A stretch of 64,000 nt of DNA from Oculina patagonica (Eukaryota), in NCBI RefSeq assembly GCF_052425735.1, contig NC_135763.1:1550001-1614000 (forward strand), read 5' to 3'. The notes under the pieces are model-generated. The model was not told the origin of the DNA. It searched no databases and worked only from the letters and a program-made list of their open reading frames with translations. The translations under genes and the position numbers were made by a program. Positions 13,608 to 27,300 of the stretch are shown one piece after another. How positions within the stretch are numbered: position 1 is the stretch's first letter; the number at the start of each line of letters is the position of its first letter.

Positions 13608-16600
13608 ATGTTGCTGTATTTTCTTTATCCACATCTTCTTTCATTTATCATCTTTTCTCAAGGCAAGTACCCAATTGATTCGCTCTGTCCCCGTGGGTTG
13701 TACATAAAAAACATCGCTGATGTACTCACAAGCTCGCTTTCAACGCTTATAAAACGGTGCGAAGACATTATTTGTCCGTTTTAGCTTTGAATTCATATCA
13801 CAGATATGTTGTGACATTGTAGCTGTCACTCAAAAGCCGTAATATCACTGATTTTACCCCAAAATATGTTAGACATTTTTTTTATTTTGACTCTATTTTG
13901 CATGATATTAGGGCCTGTTTACATGGAAGGCGGGTGCCCCGGCTAACCGAGTTACCCGGCTAACCGAGCTACCCTGGGCGAGCCAACTTTTCATACGTTT
14001 CTTAAGAAAACGTACTGAAGCCTTTACATGCTAGAAGGGTAACCCGCCTTGCCGGGGCACTCGGTCTACTTGCCCGGGGCACCCTTCTAGGCGGGACAGC
14101 TTTTTGCCATGTAAACGGTTATGACCGAGCTATCCCGGCTTGCCGGGATAAGTTTTCGCACGTGTTTTTGAACTAAATTTGAAGTAAATGGCATAAAATG
14201 TAAAAATTCTGGACCCAAACAGTGCTATTTGATCAAAATTAGTTTTATGACTTTTATCGGTTGTCTGGAAAATATTTCTTTGAGCAACAGCTAATTAAGG
14301 TCGCGCAGGACCCTTGCTCATTAATAAATTCATTAGTCAAATTTCTTGTTGGAGTGCTATCTTGTAAAGCTTTAATTCGCTACATTTTGAATATCGATTC
14401 CTCTAAAATTTAATAAGGATACTCAGGGATGATGGAATTACATCATGATTGTCCTTTTACTGAGAGATGACCGTTGTCTGTGATGTTACAAGCCCTTTAA
14501 AGTTTAACTGAAGATGATGCAATTTTGTGTCCAAGTTTTCAGCTAGCACAGCGCACCAAATTAAATAATTATATAGCTTAGTGATAAATCGTAACTTCTT
14601 TTGTGTTCCCACTAGAACGAAATTTTCGATTTCAAAAACTGCTACAAGTTAATGGCTTCTAAGAGCGTAAAAATGTGAAATCTAAACTTTGAAACATGCT
14701 ATCTTCATTTTGAGAAGGAAATTTAAAAATTCGCTCTAGCCAGAACACAATAGAGTACACCAAGTTTATGTTCCTCGCGAATCCACTCTTGAAATTCTAT
14801 ATCGGCGGAGAAAACTTGGACACAAAATTGAAGGTTTTGAGGCTTCCGAAGACCTTCCGAGTCAATGTTTACAACAACGTGTGATATATTCAAAGCTGTG
14901 AATCTATTTATGATAATTTCCTATGTTCCAGCGCACGTGGCACAAAGCTGAAAACAATAACTAGTAATTACTTGTACAAAAGAGTTTAAAAACAAACATT
15001 CTCATGAATATTTCGTTTGTTGTCGGCTTCAGTCGTCCGGCAGTTCGTGCATACTCTTTAAATAAATACATACTAATGATTGCAAGGGTCCTGCGCGACC
15101 TTAATTCGAAATTTTCGTGGGAATGATTATCCTAATTCACGACACAACAAATTTAATTTCAATTTGACAGCCAAATACTGTTGAATTTCGATTGAATTTC
15201 GCCAAAAATGAACGCAGTAAATTTCTGAGAACTTGCACATCAAATTAAAATAGGTTTGAAGAGGAAAAGCCTTGATTATTCAGTAAAAAGTCATATTTTT
15301 CTTCAATCATTTGGAGCTACAATGTCTTCCCACACCGTGTCACGCTTCAATGACGCTGTCTCATCTCGGGTAGAAGGGCTGTGAATTCTGCATGTAAAGG
15401 CGGGCTAGGTTTCATCCCTTCTAGCCGGGTAACTCGGTTAGCCGGGGCACCCTCCCTCCATGTAAACAGGCCCTTAATGCAAAGTTGCCTTTTATACATG
15501 GAAGGCTGGTGCCCCGGCTAACCGAGCTACCCTGGGCGAGCCAACTTTTCATACGTTTCTTAAGAAAACGTATTGAAGCCTTTACATGCTAGAAGGGTAA
15601 CCCGCCTTGCCGGGGCACTCGGTCTACTTGCCCGGGGCACCCTTCTAGGCGGGATAGCTTTTTGCCATGTAAACGGTTATGCCCGAGCTATCCCGGCTTG
15701 CCGTGATAAGTTTTCGCGCGTGTTTTTAAACTAAATTTGAAGTTAATGGCATAAAATGTAAAAATTCTGGACCCAAACAGTGCTATTTGATCAAAATTAG
15801 TTTTATCGGTCGGCTGGAAATATTTCTTTGAGCAACAGCTAAGTAAATTTCTGAGAACTTGCACATCAAATTAAAATAGGTTTGAAGACGAAAAGCCTTG
15901 ATTTTTTAGTAAAAAGTCATATTTTTCTTCAATCATTTGGAGCTACATTGTTTTCCCACGCCGTGACACGCTTCAATGACGCTGTCTCATCTCGGGTAGA
16001 AGGGTTGTGAATTCTACATGTAAAGGCGGGCTAGGTTTCATTCCTTCTAGCCGGGTAACTCGGTTAGCCGGGGCACCCTCCCTCCATGTAAACAGGCGCT
16101 AAGTACAAAAACTAAAATGTGCATGTTACATGTGAAGCTTGCGTTTACAAAAAGCAAGTCCTTTCTTTGACACATTTCTTTAACATTTTTGTAAAAGACC
16201 AAATTCTTCAGCTTTTACAGACGTTAAACTTTTAGCGAGTTGTCAAATTTTTCATTCTTGTTTAGCCGCGGAGCGCACAGAGGATGCATTCAACATAATC
16301 AACAATGACCTGGATCAGCTAGACTACGATGCCTCAATGAATACAGTTTTCTTTGGTGAGCATGGAACCTGGGGTTCCAAATATATTCCTGACAAGTAAT
16401 TTCAATAAAATTGTACTTTCTATTTTTCATAATTCTCTTTTAAGTAAATTGAACACAGTTAACAATAAATTATATTTTTTATTCGTCTTGCTTTTTGTCG
16501 GCGAAGTTGGTCGTAATAGTCCTGCACATGCGCTTATTGGTAATGTCCAGCGGGATTGCCCAAGTCGCACAGCGGCCCGATTTCGACGTCAGACACCAGT

Positions 16601-18314
16601 CACAAGTAAGCAGACAAGAGTCCAGGGTGTCACGGCCAGACAAGACTGCGATGGAATTCTTTTAGAATGGGATCGACTTCACCTACCGTACAGGTATGGA
16701 ACTTTATTTCCGATGCGTTCTTCGGATGCCAAATTTCTTCCTTGTCTTTTTTCACGTCGCATGTTTAAGTTCTTTAGACGGTTGGTTCTCGTCCTTGCTC
16801 CGAGGGCTTTTCTCCGGGTTCTCCGGTTTTCTTCCCTCCACAAAAGTCAACACCTCTAAATTCCAATTCGATCGGGAATCCCACGGCCACAGGTTTGTTA
16901 GTCGCAAGACTATTACGTGCTACCCTCGTAAAATAAAGACAATTTATTTTATTTTTATTGTATTGAAATCAGTTCGGAGTACTCAGAAATTACTTTTAAA
17001 GTAGCTTGTGTGAAGGTTCACCGGGTTAACGATCGTCATAACCTTGCCGTCACTTGTTTTGTTTTACATTTCAGTCCAAGCGGACGTCCAGTGTACGCAG
17101 AGTTCAAGCACTTTAATATTTATCGAAGCACCTTGTATTTTCACGATGTCTCTGGTATGACCCCTCTCATGTCGGGTAATCAGGAGCCGTCCCTACAGAG
17201 CCCAGCAACTCACAGTTACAAGGACATGTATCCACCTGCTAATGTGGACCTTTACTATGCTGTGACAATAGTCAACGGAAATGGGCAGGAGGAGACGAAA
17301 GTGGACATAAGAAAGGTATGTTCTGAAACTAACACCAGTTGTTGTTTTAAATTTGCTTATTGTAATGTCGTAAACTTCTTTATTCTGTAGCTTATCATCT
17401 ATATTCTTACAACGCCCTTTAGCCTGGATGTTATATATGTGCACTGATTTTGCAATCAAGCCCGTAGGTGTCAATCACTAGTATCAATCACTACACTTAT
17501 CTTTCCGTAGATTTTTAAAGGTTAAAAAAGTATCTTCAATGGTTAAGCTCAGAACTATGCCTTTTTTTCGTTTTTTTTCTTCTGAAAATTAAAACGATAC
17601 CATTCAACAAGATTCATTTAGGAGACCTTTTCTTCATTCTAACGCCACCACGAAGAGAAAGTCAACTTAGAGCTAAGAACCAAACAGATTTAAGAATGAA
17701 CCATTATAAGATTCTACGAACAGTTTAGATTACTTCAGTTTTCTCAGAGACAAGTACATACTAGTTCCTTCTCCATGCCTGTCAAGACCCATCTTCGTGA
17801 TAACCACTCAAATATTTTATTGACGATGTAGATCTGAATTTAAATACGACGTTACAAGTGGATTTAATTCAGGATCTCCCTACAACAGGTCATGTTTATT
17901 GGAACAACAAAAAAATCGAGCCCTCTGTTTAGCGTCGTTCCAGCGGGTTTCGCCTCTAACGCAAGAGTACTTCATCACAGCACGGCGTGGAATCCGCGAC
18001 GGAACGAATACCTGGTCGCGTTTGATTTTGATGTTGATGATGACGGTGTCCCGGATCAGGTAGCGGCTTTGAGAATGGACAACCAAGGAAAACTAGTGAA
18101 CAGAGCGATAGTAAATCTCACTATTCCTACTACGAACAACGCGGGTAAGCTAACTCCTAAAATTACACAAAACGGTTAACAGAGAAAAGGCAATAGCACT
18201 GTATCATTTTATTTTAACTTTTCATGATTCTAGAACAACCTCATATTACATTACAATACATCATCATCATCATCGCCGTCGTCATCATCATCATCATCAT
18301 TATCATCATCATCA

Positions 18315-18357
<43 letters not shown>

Positions 18358-21300
18358 GGTTGTGGGAATTTCAGTAAAAGGAGGAAGAGGCAGATGTACG
18401 GGAGGAGAACCCAGTCGTAAAATCTGTACTTTTTCCTTATTCCTCCTAGGTAACCAAGGTTGGCCGAGTGTTGCATACAACCAACCTGCCGATGAATTCA
18501 TGATCATTTTTCAGTTTCGTAGCGGTGAAATGAAATACTTCTCAAACAAATACGTAATCATTAGCCAGAGGGTGATGAGCTCACAGACAGCAAGGGCAGC
18601 CAGCCCTTCCGTGCTGATAAAGGCCTACGGAAAACTAGGTCCCGGTCAGTGGATCGACGTGACCAGCCCAGTACTAATATTCAATCCTGCCACAGGTAAG
18701 GACGTATCCTTCACATCCATGCACAACCAATACCTGGGGCGTCACGCAACGCTTGTCCTCGCTGGCGTGGTGGGCGAGGCGTTGCGTGACGACTCAAACA
18801 ACCATCATCAGTTCTTTCTTTCTTTCTTTCTTTCTTTCTTTTCCTTTCCTTCGTTCTCTCGTTGTTTCTTTCTTTCTTTCTTCCTTTCTTTGTTCTTCGT
18901 TCTCTCAATCAGAAAATCAAAGTCAAACAAACCTGCTAGGGTGGTTTATTAAATAAAGTTCAATGCTGTTGCACAGGAAGCTTAAACTAGTGTCATGATT
19001 TGGTTTCTTTTCACAAAAATGGAACGTCTCTCTTTTTTGTAGGGGGTTATGTGGCGTCAGTTGTGTTTGCAGAAGACGTGGAAGTGCGTAAAGAAGTAGT
19101 AGGAGTATTTTTCGACTTCAAAGGCAAAGTGCAGTACACTGATGCAGTATGTCACTTTATTAAAGGTGACGGCTACGAACCTAATCTCTTTTACGACTCG
19201 ATGAGAAAAGAAATTTACTTCACGTGTACCGTGGAAAGTCGAGGTGTGAGGACCCTGCACCTTGACTTGAGATCAGGTTTGCATTTATTGGTTATCGACA
19301 AGAGAAACGCCAGCGGCGCGCATGCGTCAAACCTGGACCCTTCTCAGTTGAACTTCATTGGCTACACAAATAAGACGTTTGCGAGGACTCGTGGCTACTA
19401 CAACGAACTTCTCGATCGGTAAGAATTTGCGAGACTGTTTTGTTTTGTTCAGAAAGTGGTAAATGCTGTGCCAAAAATGCAAATGCGTTTTTATTTTAAA
19501 TTGTTTGATGACCTCATTTAATTTAAACTATTTTTTTGGGAATTTTCATCTATGTTTTGATAGAGTTAATTTCTTTTGTAAACTAACGTGAATTTGCAAG
19601 GACCACCGTGACAAAATAGAAGTACCGGATCCTCTCACTGTAGAGGATCTAATCAGCTATAACTAAATAACGAATAAAGAAAAAATTGCAAGGCCGATTG
19701 AACGGTTTGGGACTGTATTGAAATTCCAATATTTCGGAAGGCACGGCCTTCCTTCTTCAGGGTCTTACAAAGAATGACTCTTAAGGTTAAACGTTACAGA
19801 TATAAAATGTGGGAAATACGATACAACGCGTAAATAACAATGGTAGAAAAACAAAAACGTTAAAATTTGAAATTTGAAAGGATAAAGAGACGTTACAACA
19901 TGAAATTAAAAAAGATATAAATATATAATAAGATGCTATAAATGGCACTAAAGACTTGAACACCGTAAGCTAATACTATAATAACAATATGAGTGTAAAT
20001 ATAAACTACGAAATGTCATGCTTCATCCTTTTTATTTAATCCTAAAGGTTCAAGTGTTTGACCTCTTTCAATGAGGTACGCCTCTCTTGCCTTCCGAACA
20101 ACGTCACGGTTAGATCGAATGAGTTCAAGAGGAATGAGTTGCATGTCAGTAGCGTTATGATTGTTACAAAGAAAATGTTCTGATACTGTAGTGGGTTTAG
20201 AGTGGTTAGTTTTTTTGTCAACAGTTCTGCGGTGTTCGTTGAAACGGTCTTTAAGTCTACGTTTGGTTTCCCCTATGTATTGTTTGTGACAACGGTTGCA
20301 CTGTACCATGTAAATAACGTTCTTAGAGTTGCAGTCAATGTGTTGATTAATAAGTCTTAATAATTATAATTAATTATTAATTAATTAATTAATTAATTAA
20401 TTATTAATTAATAATTTTAATAATTTCTTTTGTCCATTTTTGTGATGGCCCGTAATGCTGATCAAAGGCTCTTCGAGTAACCTCATGGTAATTCGATGAA
20501 TGAAGTGTCGACCTTCGCATTTTTGGCTCGTGCTCTCAGGCGTCGTAGCGCTATTCAGTTTTCACCACCAAAATATTTACGTTTGATCCGGCATTTAAAC
20601 AATTGGTGAATTTGTTTTGTGAAAATGTTTCCTTTTTTTTCTTTTTAGCACGGATAGCGTTATTTTTGAGCAGCGGATAAACTTTGAGAGAATAATACGC
20701 CTGAGCACTTCGTGTTTCTCCTCGAATCAAAAAGATGAAAAACGGATGACGTGTCACGAGGTGACGTGACGCGAAACAAAAACGTGCTGTGGATGTGGTG
20801 TTTAAAAACCAAAAAACAACACATGGCGAACGTAATAATTTTTAATTTGTTAAAGCTTAATTTGTTCGTCTGCAACGCAGGCTAACTTAAAATAGGCCCT
20901 TGAATGTTTGCTCGCGTGAATGGGTCATTGATAGGTTTTTTCTTCAAATAAGCGTTCGATAAAGTAACACAATTTCACTTTCCAATAGACTAGCTGTGGA
21001 CAGTCTAACTTTCCAAGGGTTATTGATGGTTCGTGCTCTCAGGCTTCGTAGCGCGATTCTATTTCATTACAAGAATATTTAAGTGTAACCTTTGATCCTT
21101 TTATCATTAGGTAATTTGTTTTGAATATTTTTACTTTTCTGTCAGCAGGTTTAGCGTTATTTTGAGCAGCGAATAAAATTTGAGAGACAGATGCGTGTTT
21201 CTGCTCGACTCAAAAAAATGAAAAACGGATGACGTGACACAATGATGTGACACGAAACAAAAACGTGCATGAATGTGTCCATGAAAGTTGAGTTTACTAA

Positions 21301-24300
21301 AACGCGTCACGTGTCAAGCGTACCTTATTATAGGAATATAACGAAGCATTTTAACAACGCGAACAAAATATACGCGTAATAAAATTAACACGAATTTAAG
21401 AAAAGTTCTGGTTAAATCCTTATAGTAAAAAAGTTAACATCAATAAAATTAACGCGAATTTTTGAAATAATTTCGCGTTAATAACATGTATCGTTAATTT
21501 CCTATAATAAGGTAACTGCACCTAGCTTATAGCTGCTAACAGTAATGTCACAATCTCACTTTATTTGCCTTTGCATGTTTTTTTATGTGAATGGGTCATT
21601 GACAGCGTATGCTTTGAGGCATTGTAGAGTGAATTCTGTTCTCTTTTATCACCAGAAGTTAAGTGTAACTGATCCTCTTTCGATTTGTTTTGTTCCCTGA
21701 AAGAGAGAGACCCTGGGAACGAGGCTGGAGAATAATTTGTTTTTGATTGACATGTGCTGAATGGCGTTTTAAACAACCTTTCTGTCAGCACGTTTACTGT
21801 TAAATGCATGAATTAATTGCGGTTTAATATCAGAATGGAGTGACGGAAATACGTCACTTCGAGAACGAGAATGATTACTATACCTCATTACCATTCGGTA
21901 AAAATAATACACCGAATGCAAATATGGCGGACCACTCGGTCGGTGCCTGGCACGAGTCGCATGAGAGCGAGGCTAGTTAGGCCTCGATGTTTTGTTTTGA
22001 CAAGCTTCCCCAGAAAAGCCTTGCTTCGTGGTCGATCTCGGCCTTCCTACGATTTTTGAGTTATTTTTTCAAAATAGCTCTTTAGTCGGCGCGATGGACC
22101 TGTAATCAGTGAAGTATGTGGGTTTGTCACACCAATCAGATTTCAGGTACTATCGGAACCAATCAAATTGTAGTTTATAAAGGGGAAGCAAACTGACGTA
22201 GTCAGCAATTTCGTTCGAAGTTTTTAGATTAGAAGGAGGCGGAATCGGTGAGTTGTGATTTAACCCTGGATTAAAAACGTTTTTCGTAACGCCCGCCTGC
22301 TTACAACGCACACGCCGTGAGCAAAAGGCCCAACAATAACTTGTTATTCGTCTTATTCGAGCGTACGTTTGGAGAGGCTAGCTTTCCTGACCGTAGTAAA
22401 AATAACATATAACATTTGCACAAAGCAGCTTTGAAGAATAATGTTGTCATTACTTTTGCCGTCCGCTTTGCGAAGTTCGTTGGGAAATTGGAAAGTTTGT
22501 TATGAAGTTGCCAAATAGGTTGCGAGTTTGTGAATCAAATTGTGAGCTTCGATACAAAGTTCCCAACTTCGGCCCGAAATTAATAAAACCTTCTATAATT
22601 ATGTTATCAAAAAGGGCTTTGCTACGCTAAACTGTTGGAAACAAATGTCATAAAAATAAAAAACTTTTATGTTCAGCGAGCCGTAAACATGTTGTCTCGA
22701 ACAAATTAGTCTGTCGCATCGCGTCGGCTTCGATTAAAATCAATAAACCATCCAGTTTCATCCGGTTTACAAACGCAGAAGACTTGAAATTGAAGACAGT
22801 GAAGATTATGCCTCACAGAAATCGTTAAATATGTGTTTTCATACAAAAAAGTTAAAATTTGACCAAATTTCTACCTGCATAAAATTTATTTATCGCCAAA
22901 TCACTTGCGTGATCGCTGATGCGAAACGTTGTCTTGCACTTCAAGCTACTTCAACTTTCCTTGACAAGCTCTAACATCTTCGAGTTCAGAAATCGCCATG
23001 ACTTTCGAGCAACATGTCTTGTTTCTCCTCAACTACCAAAACTTCGAAAGTTCAGTCGGGCCGAAGTTGGGAACTTATCGAAGTTCGCAATTTGATTCGC
23101 AAACTCGCAACGTAATTGGCAACTTCATAACAAAGTTTCCAATTTCCCAACAAACTTCGCAAAGCGGGCGGCCAAAGTAAACAGAAATCAACTGTAAAAC
23201 ATCTCGTTCAAATATTTAATGAACCGGTACAAGTATTAACTTTGCTGTTGAAAGCAACTACAATCGATAGCAAAAACAGAATAAGAGCGTGCCATTCCGT
23301 GACAGTTTGATATTTCAATTAGTTCTTGTTTGTTGAATAGAATTTAGGTTGTAAATGAAAGAAAATCTTTGTTGAACAGTTCTGACAGGAAACAAAGACT
23401 CCAGGTATACTGCGCTTTAAAGAACTTTCCCGAAGAAAGTGGTTTTTGATTTGATGCGTTTATTACTTCGTTTATTATAGTACTTTTCGTTCAATGTCTG
23501 TATGGAAACGTGGCTTTTTCGAGAAAAACAAGGGTATCGTGTTACGTTCGTTTTTAAAAAACAAAGGTCTCATGTTACAAAAGTGAGAAAAACAACAATA
23601 TCATGTTTCAGTGTTTGGCAAAAATCCAAAAGTATTCCGTAACAAACAAAAGTAACACGTTACGGTTGCTACAAAGCTAGCAACAAAATAACCGCTTAAA
23701 CAGAATAAGAACGTGCCATTTTGTGACATTTTGATAATTGAATTAGTTTTTGTTTTTCAATTAAATGACAAAAATTTACGTATTGAATAAAACAGTTCTG
23801 ATGTATCAAAATGCACGTAAAAGTTATTTTGTTTGCAAGCAAATTTTGTGCAAAAAAGTGACTCCGTGAGCCGCCATACACAAATGGCTCAACCCATGGC
23901 ATAAACCATCCCAACAGGACAATCACCCAGTTTCACCCCAAGCCACCCCATAAATTGAAAAAATAACTCCTGCACGCTTAGCGTGCCTATGTTTTAGGTT
24001 CGTTAATGCTACATAAAGGGAAAAGAATCTTCCACAGCACTGAAAGAAAGTCTTTTGTGAGTTTCCCCTTTCACCTCTAAGGGGAAATCAGGCGATCGCG
24101 AAGGAAAGGAGTTCACGACTGTCACGATCGCCGAAGGAACTTTATAAAGTTCATTACATTTCAGGTTAGAAGATCTTAGAAAATGTGTAAGCGATCACAT
24201 TTAGCTCCAAGTCATTCTTATTTGGCTCAATACTTTCACTAGCTTTAACTACGGGGCAGTTGAATTTCATTCACTTGGTTAGTATTTGTTTCGTACGATT

Positions 24301-27300
24301 CCGTGCGAGTATATCGGACGCGAACAAAGCCGGACATAAACAACCTCTTTTGAACAAAGTTTGTATTGGAAGTAGAGCTTTTCTTTACTTTGGGGAAGGT
24401 ACTGGCCATGCAACTCGTGCTTGAACACCACCAGACACCACATAAGCTTGGCCTTTAAACGATTTTTCTAAGATCTTCTAACCTGAAATGTAGCGAACAA
24501 AACCTCAATAGTTCCCGCGGCGATCGTGAACTTCTTTCTTTCGTCTCAATGAATTGCATTGATCCACTTTTTCCCTTAGAGGAAACGGTGAACACTTCTA
24601 TCACTTATCGTGGCATTCAGAACCACAGCAACTCGTAGGTGCAGCGAAAAGAAACACACAGATTGACGAATACGCAAGACTTTTGTAGGAAAACATTGTC
24701 AAAACAAAACACCGAAGCCTCACTAGCCTCGCTTTCATGCAGCTCGATCCAGGTGACGACCGAGTCGTCCGCCATATTTGCATTCGGTGTATTCACTGCG
24801 AATTTTAATTGCGCTCGCGAATTAATCCTCATAGAGAAAAACTTAAATTCTTGCGGAAACTTCAGGCCTTTCGCTCCATTTATATATAGAGTGTATTGCA
24901 TGAATCCTTGGAACCCAGACAGACGAATAGCTACCCAAGCACGCAACACTTAAACAAAGCGAAACACTAGCTTATGCAGACAAGAAGTCTCTCTTACACA
25001 CTCAAAAACCAAAAGCGTCGATTTTTTTTTCACTTAGACTGATCTTGTTCTGGGAAGATACGGAGAACGGCAGACACACTGTAACCACCGCCTCTATTCT
25101 GATTACTCGACAACATTACACAAAATCTCTGAAGCCGTATAGCTGTCTTGCTGAAAAACAAATCAAGATGCCAGTGCCGGTGTATTTTCCTCCAACAAAT
25201 GGCCACTTACTTCTGTGGCAAGAGCAAGGACGATCCGCATGGGTGATAGGAGGAGAACTGCTTCAAGGTTAGGCTAGGGACACTTCGTATTGTTTATGAG
25301 ATTTTGTAATTGAGATAGTAGCACATCGTGCTAGGTAGGGTCTATATCTCATCTTACCGCACCCACATTCGCAACTAGCCAATCAGAAGCGTCGTGCACT
25401 GTCCGAATTCCTGCATTATCAAGTCACTGGTTAATACCTTATCGTGCCTTTTGGTAAGCTTTAGCGACATAACAGGCTCGTGTGGTCTCGACATGGGTAT
25501 GTCGGCTCAATCAAACCCACCTGATGTGCCGACGAAGCGAACCATAAAGGTACGAGTGGGTACAAGTACAGAGTAAATCTCTAGTTTTACCCATCTCCTA
25601 TGGAACGCGCAGTGGTCTCATGGCTAGCGCGTTGGATTCCAGGAACCACAGCAAAATGCTGCCTCCCTCCCTCGCCGCCCCTCTGGAACCCGTGTGTTGT
25701 GGTTTTGACCAAGGTACCTTTATATATTCTCGCATAACCTTTCTCAACCCAGTAGTATAAAAGGGTACTGGCAAATTGTTAGGGCATCCTGCATTGATGC
25801 TAGTCCTGCGTTAGACTAGCATCCCATATTGGTGGATTCGTCTGACGTCATCAAAATTCTAAGATCTAATCTGTTAATCCTACAAAGGTATTCTTTTGAC
25901 ATATTCTAGACATAAACCCCTATGCAAATTTTGGCGAAGATTCTGTGTTTCTTTTAGGGGATAAGGCATGTCTTAGATGAACGTGTTTCTCCACTGTCAC
26001 AAAAACGGATATTTCTATCGAATGTTTTAGTTTTCAGACGTGATAGTAATTTAGAAGTGATATCAGACTTCAACCTAGGAAACAGAGTTTAGTCCGGTCC
26101 AGGTCGGCGCACACCAAGGACGAGTCCCTGCGACTTGTCCTCTGGTGTAACTCTTCAAGGGACTTGTTGCAATGACTAGTCACAGGGACTTTACCCCTCG
26201 TCTGTGCCAACCCTAACCTTGCCCCCACTAGTAGCTCTAATTGGCGATAAAACTGAGTATTTGAGTCACTGACTGAAACACTCTTTCCCGAGGTTGTTGT
26301 TAATTGAAATCTTGAAAGGGGGTGATACCCCATTAGGCAAGGCAAGACATTGTTATAAGAAGAATCCTCAAGCATTCAATTCACATTCCGTAATGATTTT
26401 ATACATTTACAGTTGCTAGTCGGTTTTTGATGTTATGTTTTTTCTAAACTTGCCCAATCCACTAAGATTTCCCCACTGATATTTTATTTAACCTTTAAAA
26501 TATGTTCGTCTTTGTACCACCAACGGTTCATTTCAATTCTTAAAATTTCTTGACATTAGGAAATTTGCAGGTTTCTTTTGGCAGAGACCAAACGAAACTT
26601 GCTGCTGTCTACAACAGCCAGCTTCAAAGTGCGTTTGTCACATGGCAAGAAGGTGGCTTGGTTTTCGGGCGTCGCATTGCCATGGCAACGCCACCAGTGT
26701 GTTTTCCGCGCTGTTCGTCTGGAAAAACGTGTGCAATTCTTGACATTTGCGTCTCAGCAACAAGAGGTGATTGGTCAATTTTTCCGTTTTAATTATGTCA
26801 TGACTTTAAATGGGAGGCACGGTGGCCTAATGGTTAGCCGAGTGCGCTGGACTCTGGATCGAGCGATCCGGGCTCGAGCCCTGGCAGGTCACTGTTTTGT
26901 GTTCTTGGGCAAGATACTGTACTCTCATAATTCATCTCCTCATCCAGGTATATAAGTGGTAACCCTGCAATGGACTTGCATTCCATCCTGGGGTGCATAG
27001 AAATACTCCCAGTCGCTCAATGCTACGTCAACCAGGATAAGCTCCCGCCTGATGGGCAACTTGCACCGAACGCAAACTCTACCATGACTTTGCTTGACTT
27101 TGTGTTTTCTGGTTGAATGTCTAATCAGTCGATAGAAAAGGGAACACACGATACAACAAATTATTGTTGTCTGTTTTCTAGATGGTTGTACCATTGCTAA
27201 CGGCGGTTGCAGTCATATGTGCACCTCGCTAAGCCACTGGAAGGTGCAATGTTCATGTCCCAAAACAATGCAGCTAATGGAAGACACGAAAACTTGTCAA

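Noticed and set aside
18224-18449. Hydrophobic poly-Ile stretch as a transmembrane segment (also poly-L/Y at 2789-2842)
   Set aside because: Translation of intronic or intergenic microsatellites.
18704-18712. GTATCCTTC, a U12-like donor 8 nt inside a protease intron
   Set aside because: A strong in-frame U2 donor (CAG|GTAAGG) exists at 18696 and there is no CCTTAAC branch site near the acceptor.
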